From NCBI GenBank assembly GCA_958009085.1, contig OY253671.1, positions 1,550,001 through 1,614,000 of the forward strand: a stretch of DNA of 64,000 nucleotides, in the 5' to 3' direction. Numbering within the stretch: the first letter of the stretch is position 1; each line of letters starts with the position of its first letter. The DNA comes from Protoeuglena noctilucae (Eukaryota). The translations under genes and the position numbers were made by a program. Positions 1 to 10,389 of the stretch are shown here, in pieces. The notes under the pieces were generated by a model that saw only the letters and a program-made list of their open reading frames with translations, was not told the DNA's origin and searched no databases.

Positions 1-2553
1 CCCGGTGAAACGCCAGAAGGACGTCGGGGAAGAAGACGCCGGGGAGGGAGGGGACGCTGTGGGGTGGGGGAGTGATGGTGAGATAAGCAACAAGAGCGAT
101 GAACCAGTGGTGATGATGGCATTGATACTGATAGTGAAAAGTGTTACTTTTTCTCGACCATTCACACCCCACACCCACCCCCATACTCACCGCTGGAACC
201 CCTCCAGCGCCCCCGGCTGCACTGAGTCATGCGGCAGCGTCAGAACGGCGTAGAGCCTGTCAGCGAACGCCGCGAATAGTCCCTTGATCAGGTCCCATCC
301 CGCATAGTCCCACCCCGCGCGCACGCACAGCATAGTCACGGCAAAGGCGCTGGGGGGGTGGTCGCCCGTCCCCACAATCTCCTCCATCCCGCGCCGCACC
401 GCGATCGCCTCTTCCTCCGCACTCATCTCCCACTCGTTATCATCACCGTCATTGTCACCGTCACCACCCTCCCTGTCACCATTACCACCCTCGCCGCCCT
501 CGCCATCACCGCCCTGACTAGGCGACAACCCCAGGGCGTCCTTTGACCCTTCCGCAATCGCAGACAGCTCCGGAGCCGGCTCATCCTCATCCCCATCCCC
601 CTCCTCCACCCCACCCTCATTCTCACCCCCACCGCCATTCCCACCCCCACCACCACCACCGCCCCCCCTCCCCCGCCGCTCCACCCCCTCCCTCGCCTCC
701 CTAACTAGCGCATCATAGTCATCCGGCTGCATGAGCCAGTCGAAGGTATCTAGGTCGAAGTGCCGGTATAAGAGACGAAGGTCGACGTCCGCGCTTGCGG
801 CTGCCATGGCCACCACGCCGTGGCCCTCCGCCTCGACCAGAATGACCTGGTTGGACTGCGGGGGAGGGGAGATGAGGGGGAATTTGAATTTGGATTTGAA
901 TTTGGATGGTCTCTTAGGTGTGAATGAGTGACCGGGTTGGACTGCGTGGGTGGCCATAATGCCCATGCGCCTCCACCATCTGCAACCCACACACCCACAC
1001 CCACCCCACATCCACACCCAACACATAACACACACACCAACAGCAACACCCACACATCCCCACTCGCCTCATCCTGCCCCTGCACCATCTGCGCCAGCGC
1101 GAACTCCGCGTCCCCCTCCCCCTCCCCCCCCACGTACGGCGGCAGCTGCGCAAGAGTGGGGCACGCCACGCGCCCGTCCGCCACGATAGGCACCAACTCA
1201 TCAAAGTCCTGGGGCCGCGCGCGCCGGGCGGTGAGGCGGGGCATGACCGACGATCGGCGCGACACCACCAGGCCCACGCCCAGGTCGGCAGAACGGTCGA
1301 CTGCGGGGGGTTGGGGGGTGGGTAGGAGATGGATGGTGGTGTTGGGGGTAATTAAGGTGATGGTGGTGGTGGTGGTGGTGGTGGTAAGGTCAGACGAGCG
1401 GTCGATTGCGGGGGGTTGGGGGGTGGGGGATGGTGGTATGGTGTGGTGGTGGTGGCTAGTATGGTGATGGTGGTGGTAATTAGTATAGTTGTATACTAAG
1501 GTTAGAATGCAACGACAACGACCGCCACTGCTACCCTGTCCAAACAACCCTACTCATCCGCCAGGCGCGCACTCGCTTGCATACCCTGTTGCCGCCCAGT
1601 CAGTCACTTCGCAACTACTCACTTGTGGTGGCCAGGCCCTCCCATCCCTGGGGCACGTACAGCCCTGCCTGGGCGCGGGCGGGCGTGGCGGGGGCGCAGA
1701 CAGCCGCGATAGCCATGAGGTCCACGTCGAGCGCGAACGCCTTGCGCAGAAGCGCCGCGGGGATCTCCGGGAGCCCGAGGGGGAAGAGGAGGGCCGCGAG
1801 CCAGGCGCAGGCGGGGGCACGCAGGTCGTGCGACGTCGCGGACGACGTCGCCCACGCGAGGGCGCGCTGCGGGTCCGCGACGCCTACGGCGGGTGGAGAA
1901 ATAGTAGTTAGGTGAAGAACAAATGCAAATTTAGTCGGCGACGCGCGAGAGCGGGAGGGTGAGGGCGAAAAAGCGCACCTGTGGGCGCCTCCGGGGCGTG
2001 TCCGATGGCCAGGAAGCCCACGACGGCCATGCGCGCTGCGTCGTAGGCAATCAGTGCGAGAAAGGACGTCTCGACGAGGCGGCCGACGTCCGAGTCCGGC
2101 CTGCGGGGCGGAGGGAGCCAGCAAAAGGCTTCGCATGGGATCTGTGAGGCTGGCGGGCCATGAGGAGACGAGAATGACAAACGGTTCAGCGCTTTTACAG
2201 CATAAGTCATTGCGCAGGCGCAAGGGATTGCCTCTGAGCATCGAGGTCGTGCGCGGGGGCCCAACGACGCACAAACGCACACGCTGCGGACCCCGCGCCG
2301 CGCGGAGGGACGCGAGGACATTTGTAGCTTGGCGGAGACGGACACCGAGCGTCGCGAGCGCGGGCAGCGCCAAGCAAGGTCGCCCTGCGCGTCGCCCAGC
2401 GCGGCCCGAGTACATGCTCTCGGCGGGGCAGGGAGGCGCGCACCAAACGCACCTGCCGCCGGGCAGCAAGGCCTCGATGCCCGGGACGTCATCCAGGGTG
2501 GATATCCTGATGAGGATGGGGGAGCGACCCCCTTCCCCGTCCGCGCGAGACAT
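1..2553 (-). CDS. CFAP61: Cilia- and flagella-associated protein 61 (FAP61/CFAP61), multi-exon, 5' part; continues off the window's left edge
   Basis: ATG at 2553 (MSRADGEGGRSPILIRISTLDDVPGIEALL). Exon peptides ARRARPQDFDELVPIV...EFALAQMVQGQDE|NQVILVEAEGHGVVAMAAASADVDLRLLYRHFDLDTFDWL, AFAVTMLCVRAGWDYAGWDLIKGLFAAFADRLYAVLTLPH and VPSLPGVFFPDVLLAFHR resemble the recalled CFAP61 N-terminal region (R-x-A-R-x-x-D-x-D-x-L-x-P-I; F-D-L; L-P-H; F-H-R). Confidence 0.8.
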
Positions 2554-2947
2554 TTTAGCGGGGCGGCTCCACGTGCGCGGCGCGGGGGGCCCCGGGAGCG
2601 CGCTCTGAAGCGGTGTCTGCCGGCTGCGTCACGCCACGGAACCAGGGAGAGACAAGATGAGACTTAGCCACGTGCAGGTCTCTATTTTACAGCAACACAA
2701 ACCTGGGCCGCATGCGACGCGATGGACCCAAGCGACAGCCGCGAGGTCACGAATGCACCGCGATGGCGGACGCGAGGGGAAACAGGTCCTCGCCGCAACT
2801 TCTGACAGACGTGCGCCCCGTGCCGCAGCGCTGCAGAGCTCGAGGGAGGGATTCCTGCGCCATCACGGACCCACATTTGTCATCGTCGCAATCTCCTGCT
2901 ATCGGCGACCGGCATATCCGAGGTTCTCGCGCCCCAGGCGCCCCGCC

Positions 2948-3976
2948 ATGCCGACAGCCTTCCTGACTGTCGGGTCCACGAAATTCGAGGCCCTGGTGCG
3001 CGCCGCGGACACGGAGGAAGTCGCTCGGGCTTTAACGAATCGCGGCTTTGACAAACTCGTCCTGCAGGTGCGTCGTGGCCGTCGGGCGATTAGGCCGTCC
3101 CGGATCTCGGTCATCCGTGCGACCTCGCCGCTGACGCCCCGCGTCCCCCTCCGGCAGCGCAGACAGGGTACGGTGCGCAGCCTGTGAGCTGGCTGCTGCC
3201 TCGGGGACAGAGCACAGGCGTCAACGCCGACACGGGGCTCCATGTCGAGGTCACGCCCTACGAGGCCTCCATCCAGGGCCGCCTGCGGTGCGGAGGCCGC
3301 GCGTCGCCTCCGATGCTCCCTTACAAATCATAAGTATTGCATCCAGTGGCATCTCCGCCCTGCTTTTTGCTCTCCAGGGAGGCTGACCTCGTCATAAGCC
3401 ACGCGGGGGCGGGCAGCCTGTTTGAGGCGCTTCGGATGGGGAAGGTGCGCGAGCGAGCAAGCGCATTACATACCCCCGCAGCGCCCGCCGCGCCGGCTCA
3501 GCTCCCATACCTGCCCCCTTGCCTCTGTCTCGCCGGCAGGCGGTGATTGCGGTGCCCAACCCGTCACTGATGGGCAACCACCAGCAGGGCCTGGCCGACG
3601 AGCTCTCGCGGTCGCGGTACCTCTTCACGTGCTCCGCGGGGGACCTGGCGCGCACCATCGCGTCGTACGACCCCGCGCGGCTGAGGCCGTACGAGGGCGG
3701 GGACCCCAAGGCTGCGGCACGGGCGGTGCAGGGGGCCGTGTGGGAGCAGGACGCGTCCCCGCGGCCGCAGCCAGCCGTGTCTCCCGTCACAGGCTTTGAG
3801 ATTATCATCGTGATCGCCCTCTCTGTCCTCCTCAGCTCGCTGTGGGTGTGGGTTAACAACACGAAAGGTGCGAGATCGCCGCGTGCACAGCGTTCCGGGG
3901 CGCCTGGCCCCGGCCGCGACGTCCTCCGCCAGCCCGTCACACCGCAGATCTCGCGCGGGGCAGGGACGAGCTGTGA
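2948..3976 (+). CDS. ALG13: UDP-N-acetylglucosamine transferase subunit ALG13 (GT28 C-terminal-like), with C-terminal TM helix and RDEL
   Basis: Exons 2948-3067, 3163-3287, 3378-3444, 3540-3867, 3948-3976 splice in frame. They give FLTVGSTKFEALV, LVLQTGYG, ADLVISHAGAGSLFEALRMGK and IAVPNPSLMGNHQQGLADEL, which are the hallmark ALG13 motifs. Confidence 0.9.
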
Positions 3977-4734
3977 CTGCGCCCGAGAGCGGGGTCTGAC
4001 CGTCAGCCCAGGTGCTGGACGGCACCCGCGCCCGTCGCGCGGATCGACAGGGCAATCGCCGGCCCTCCGCGCGTCGGCAGAGTTGCTCGTCGCGGATGTC
4101 GCCGGCCTCCCGAGCTCTCGCGGTGCGAAGCGGCGCCGGCGACAGGCCCAGCCCCGAGGGAGCGGCTGCGACCGAGGCCGAGTCCCGCGGGGGAGGGAGA
4201 GCGCGACCGGAAAGCCGCTCAAAATCGCAGCGCAATCGCGCTATCCCGATTTAGAGCCGCGGCACCGCTGCGCCGGGACGGCGCATGTCCCGCCTGCTAG
4301 GCCCGGCCCCTTTCCCTGCCCTGCCCGAGCGCGGCCGCGACCGGCGCGAGGGCCCTAAAGCTCGAAGTCATCGCATGGAGGCTCGGGGCGCGACGAGGTG
4401 GGCGGGGGGCGCGGGCCTCGGGCAACCCCCGCGCGTCGGCCCCAGCAGCCCTCCCCCGTGGCTGCCCGGCTCGGTCCCGGGGCAGCACGGTCGCATCGCG
4501 TGCCTCGTTTCCGGTGGCCCGCGTCGCCCCTGCGACTAGACGACCTGCGCGCGAGCTTGGGCGGGGGCAGGAGTCCCCCGACTTCGGGCGGGCCTGCGCG
4601 CCCGGGCAGCCGCGATGGCGCGGTCGCGTGGCCGCCGATGGAATTTATTTGACGCGGTAGATGGCATCGCGTCGCCCGCGCGCCCCGGGCGCCCCTCTTT
4701 TGACGCGAGCCGCTCCCCGTCCCTTGCAGCCCCC

Positions 4735-7700
4735 ATGCCGCCCCGGAGGAAGAAGCGGGGCTCCGCGGGCCTCCGCTACGGGCCCCGCTTCGAGTTATTT
4801 TGCGTGGTGGAGGTGCCGCACCCGCGCGAGGCCGGCCAGCGCGTCCGGCTGTACTACCTCCAGGAGCGCGAGGGCGACCGCAACGTGCTGGCCGTGCTGG
4901 GCGTGCGGGAGGACGGCTCCCCCGCGCCGGGCGCCCCGGGGTCCGCGCCGGCGTCCGAGTGGCTCTTCATGACCGCCCCGGGCTTCGCGAAGGGCCCCCC
5001 GCTGCAGTTCCGAGTCGAGACGGGGCTCTTCCAGTACCTCAGGTGCGGATGCGGCTGGGTGTATGCTGATTGGAGGATGTGTGTGGGGTGACAGGGTGGT
5101 GGTTATGGTGAGGGGAGGGTAGGGGGAGAGTTGGGAGAGGGGGGATGGGGCTGGAGGGAGGGTGGGTGGGGAGGGCGCTGCTCACACGCTCCGTCTCTTG
5201 CCCATAACCAACCCCCGCCAGCCTCTGACGACACACTAACTGCTGTGATCCGGTATCTCTCAACCACTCTCACTCATTCCCTCATTCCCTCACCCCCTCC
5301 CCCCATCTCTCACCCCCCCGCCCGCAGCAGCCTGGGCGGCACGCACGAGGTGCCCAGTGAGGGCCTGGACCTCCCCGAGTATCGAACCGAGGACCTCTTG
5401 GACCCCCCCACTCCCCTGGCCTTGCGTCGCCTGCCCCCCGTGCCCTCTTTGCCGACCACCTACGTCGACTTTGCTGCGGAGCGGGGGAAATACGACGACG
5501 GCAGGAACTACTGGAAGTACACGCTGGTGAGTGGGTGTGAGGGGGGTGGTGACGGTAAAGATAGGATGAGTGGCAGTACACGCTGGTGACTAGATATCCA
5601 TCCAACCTATATTGACCATATTCTCACTTGTTCTCACTCTCAGATCCCTGAGTCGGGTGCGCCTGAGCTGGCGGTGCTGGGGGAGGATGGGCCGAAGAAG
5701 AACCGCGTCTACACCTACAGGGCAGAGGCCAAGGTGAGATGGGATGGATATTATGATACTATGATATGTGGATAAGGCAGGGGATGGATGGGTGTGCATA
5801 TGCACCTGATGTCGGCTTCAACAGCTCCCTCATCACCCTCCTCGCACAGCTTGCCATGCCGCAGTATCGCATCACATATCCTCATAATCCCCTTTCTCCC
5901 TATTCCCCCTCTCAGTTCGGCGGTGCTACGTTTGACAACAAGCTGGCCGTGGAGTCGTGGCTGTGCATCCTGTGCGGCAAGGAGCCACCGCCCGTGGGGG
6001 TGAGGGGAAGTAATGGTGGTGTAGCTGTTGTATATATATTGCCATTCGCACACTCTCATCTTTGTGACTAACAGAGCAACCGCCCGTGGGGGTGAGGGTG
6101 ATGTGGGGTTGTGTGGCTATTGCATGCATGTATTGCCATTGTCTCACTTGTCATCTATGTCACTGTGCTACTCTCCTTTACTCTCCCATTTTTCATTTTG
6201 CGCCATCACTGCACCCACTCTCTCACCCGCATTCCCTTGCCCACACACTCACTTACCCTCACCCACCCACCCCCTCCCACTCCCCCACTGACCCACACCC
6301 ACTCACCCCACCCCCCTCCCTCCCCCCTCTCAGGAACCCCCAGCCCCCGAGGCCCGGGAGCCAGCCGGCGTGTCCCTGCCCCGCCCATTGGTGCTATTCC
6401 CGCATTCAGAGGCATTCGGTACCGATATATACGGGGGGGGTGCGGGGGAGGGGTTTGGGTCGGAGGCGGGGGGTGGGGGGTATGGGGAGGGGGTGCATGG
6501 GGGGAGGGAGGGGGCGGGAGCGGGGGTGGGGGTGGGAGAGGAGGGGTGGAGGGTGTGGGGGACGCCGGCAGGTGAGTGGGTGGTGTGGGTGTGGGTGCGG
6601 GAGAGGTGATGTGTATGAATGGGTGTGCGGGTGCGTGAGGGGTGTCGTGACTGCATGTGGGCATGGTGAGAGGTAGCAGCAGGTTAGAGTGGGTGAATGC
6701 GCATTGTGGGGTCAAGCACCCTCCCATCACCTGTGCCCTTCCCACCTCACCGCTCACTCTCACCCTCACCACCCCCCGCACGCGTTGGCCCAACCCCGCC
6801 CCATCCCGCACCTTATCTCTCACCCCATTTCAACTCCCATTCCCACTCACAGGCCCCCTCACCACCCCCCGCACGCCCCTCTTCGCCGGGTCGCCTCTGC
6901 CCCCCCTGAGCCCAGCGCTGGCGGGGCAACTGTTCGGTTCACCGTCCACATCGCGCACCCGGCCCCCCCTCTTCCACACCGGCCCGGGGCAGCCCATGGG
7001 GCCCGGATTGACCCCCGCGCCCACCCCCATGCGACCGCGACCGCCGGGCAGCCCCCTGCCGGGAGGGTCAGTGGTGTCGTATCCGCTGGTCGCGCCGGGG
7101 TGGCAGGGGTTCTTCCCGGAAAGCCGGGGTGGATGCGGTGAGGGGATGTTATGATTGAGATATATTGGGATGTAATTATGGTGTACATATTTTTATAAAT
7201 ATTGATTATATTTGTCAATTAAATTTTCTGGTACTATTATTATTGATTTTATGGCATTTATTATTGATTTTATCACTATCATTATTGTAATTATAAATGA
7301 TTAGTAATGACTACAATTTCTCTTCGCATCCCGCAGTCATTTGCGGCTCCCCCGACCACCTGTTGGCCGACTGCCCCCACCACCCCGCATCCGAGATGGG
7401 GGCGCAGGGGGTGGCCCTACCCGCGCCGCGACAGGCGAGTTGACATCGGTGTTATGCTATTCTATTGTTATACTAAAAATCGAATGATTATATCACAATA
7501 TCATGGTATCAATCGACATCACACTATGGCATGCGTATGCGCACCCCACCCCACAACCACCACTCCCAAACACCCCAGCTCACCACTCCCCCACTCACTC
7601 ACTTTTCGCCCCTCTCCCCCCACCACCGCAGCCCGGCGCAGACACCACCCCGCAGTCGCAGCTGGTGGTGAGGCCCGTCCCCACCGCCGCCACCCCCCTC

Positions 7701-9770
7701 GTTCTGCAAACCCTCGCCAGTGCGACGGGGGGGCTGAGGGCAGAGAGCAGTGCGGGGGTGGGGGTGGGGTTACAGGGTGCTTTCCGCAATGCAGCTGCGG
7801 GAGAGGGGCAGGAGGGTGGCAGTGCGGGTGCGGGTGCGGGTGCGGGTGGCAATGTGGGTGTTGGGAGTGGCAGCGGGGGTGCTGTTGCGTCGTTGAGTTG
7901 GCTGCGGCAACCGAGTGCGAGTGTATCTGCCATCGCATCTCCCCTTGCACCTGACATGAGCCATTGGGCGACCACGGAGCCCACCGAGGCAGAGATGGCG
8001 CAGTACAGGTGAGGATGGGGTATGTGATAATTGTAATTGTATGGTAATTGTGTGTTGTAAATAAGATGGCACAGTACAGGTGAAGAGGGGATGTGTGGGT
8101 GTGGGTGTTATCTATGTTAGTGTTGGGGTGTGTTGAATGTGGATTGTGTGTTAGATGACGCAGTACAGGTGAGGGGTTTGCATTGGGGACAGCATGGCGT
8201 AATACAGCCGACGTTGCCTGCTGTGCTCATGTATAATGAATGATAGGCTGGGTGCCACCCCCACTGACACTCTCATGGCCATCCTCATTGCTACCCCCAC
8301 TCCCACCCTTACTGCCACCCCCACCGCCACCCTCACCCTCAACACCACCCCCACCCCCACTGCCACCCTCAACACCCCCCATATCTCCGTCCACATGCAG
8401 GGATTGGCACTCTTCCCTCTCCCGCACTGCCGACCTCGTCTCCCGCAATCAGGCGGTGCATCACTTGCTGACTCAGGACGACCACCGCACATTGGCCGTG
8501 CTGCAGCACCTGCACTCGATGCCACGGTGGCAGCCATGCCTCAAGTGAGTGAAGATGTTATGGGATATTCAATTATTCAAATAGTACAGCATTGCACAGT
8601 CGCCGTGCTGCATCTCTCTCTCACCTTCACTAATGACAGCCATGACACACGACACCGCATCAGCGCCTATGATACATCAATATAATGCATATATGCACCA
8701 CGCATCCATATATACAAATTTCTCATTCTATTCCCATTCCCCATCATCCCCCCAGAGTGCACGAGTCCCTTCGCATCGCCATCCCCGTCGCCGTGCTGCG
8801 CCACCACCCCAACCCCCCCATATCAAGATTGGCTGGGGCATTGACAGCCAGATGGAGAGAGATGGCGGCATCTGCGTTGCGGGCGCTGGGCAGACAGGAG
8901 CCGGCGGGGGCGCCTGGGGGTGGCGGGGTGGGTGGCAGTGGGGGTGGCGGGGAGGGTGGCAGTGGGGGCGGCGGTGAGGGTGGCAGTGGGGGCGGGGGTG
9001 GGGGTGGCAACGAGGGTGGCAGTGCGGGTGGCGGTGAGGGTGGCAGCGGGGCTGCGGGTGAGGGAGGTGCGGAGGGTGGCAGTGCGGACGGGAGTGGCGG
9101 GGGAGGGGAGGGGAGCGGGAGGGAGGGTGAGGGCGGGGGTGGCGGTGGGGGTGCGGAGTTACAGGGACGGGGTGGTGGTAGGGGTAATGGAGATGAAACT
9201 GGGGCAGCGGGTGCGAGAGAGACATTGGCATTGACTGGGTGCGATGAAATGCGCGTGGGGTGGGGTGACGCTGGCGGTGGGGTGGGGCGTGTGGGTAGCA
9301 GTGGGTGCGGGGGCGAGGCGGGGAGCAGCGGCAATGGTGCGGATGCGGGAGATGCGGCGCTGGGGTGGCGGGGCGGGGAGCGGCAGCGGTGGGGTGCGGG
9401 GGAGAGGGGGCGGGGTTGCGATGATGGGTCGGCTGTGAACGGCGATCGCCCGGGAGGTCTGCCGATCGAATCACGGGGCCAGCACGGCAAGCGCCTTTTC
9501 GGCAAGCAGCGGGCGGGGCTGGCGGCGGGGGCGGGGGTGCGTGTGGGGGTGGGGGTGGGGGGTGCGCATGCAATGGGGTGTTGTGCGTGGGCGACTGGGT
9601 TGGGATGCCTGGGTCGTCGCGAGCCGCGGCGCAACGCCGTTTTCCCCGCCCCCGCGCGCCGGGACGCTTCGCCGATTCTGGTGGCTTCGCTGCCAGTGCC
9701 TTCGCCAGTCGCGGCCGTGTCGGGGGGCGGGGCGCCGCCGCTGCTTTCACCCGCGCCGTTGGCCGCATGA
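4735..9770 (+). CDS. Putative nuclear protein: two N-terminal copies of a small beta-rich domain, low-complexity middle, TFIIS-N/Med26-like helical bundle
   Basis: Starts MPPRRKKR (NLS-like). Contains exons RLYYLQEREGDRNVLAVLG and YWKYTL|IPESGAPELAVLGEDG...YTYRAEAK|FGGATFDNKLAVESWL. Later exons give LAVLQHLHSMP...K|VHESLRIAIPVAVLRHHPNPPISRLAGALTARWREMA. The 3' end is uncertain. Confidence 0.6.
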
Positions 9771-10389
9771 GGCGGGATCCGATCCGATTTGGACCTTTTG
9801 GGCGTATGTCCTCAGCGGGGTTCGAACCGAATCGGCCCCTCCAACCTCCCTGCCGCCGCCGGTGGGATTCGATCCCTTGACCCCCTCCCTTTTACCGGCT
9901 GGGTGGATATAAGGGTCGTGGCATTGGCAGTGGGCTGCCTGCGCTGTGCCGCAGCTTCGGTCAGTGCGCATTACAAGGCAGCATGGCTACAGTCAATGGT
10001 CATACTATGGGTCATTACTATGGGTCACATGACGGTCATCGAATATGGGTCGCATTGGCTGGTGCGGTGTGTGGCAGAGGGGCAAAGGGCATAGGACAGG
10101 ACGGCCGGCAGCCAATGTTGAAAGTCAGAACATGCCTATTATTATTGTTATTATTATTTGTAATTGATGGGAGAGTTTCGCAAGCGTGCCGAAAGTGCCT
10201 CAGTTTTAAAGTCAGGGACGCATACACGCAGGTAACGCAGCGTCTCTGCTAGTTTGCCATACATACTAGAAAGTATATACTTGGTACATACTAGTGACCA
10301 GTGACCAACGACCCATCTCCCACCCTCTCTCCCCACCCCTCATTCCCCCCCACTCCCACCCCCCTCCCCCCCAACTGACCTTGATTGCC

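Noticed and set aside
3519..4358. ALG13 extended by a long Arg/Gly-rich tail
   Set aside because: A strong donor at 3868 (AAG|gtgcga) and acceptor at 3947 give a stop at 3976; the remainder appears non-coding.
7993..8174. Repeat-spacer-repeat pattern reminiscent of a CRISPR array (also 10593-10865 and 47337-47595)
   Set aside because: The context is a eukaryotic intron, the repeats are degenerate exon-end copies, spacer lengths are irregular and no cas genes are present.
8728..9768. Long His/Pro-rich minus-strand ORFs
   Set aside because: These are shadow frames of the Gly-rich last exon of the + strand gene.
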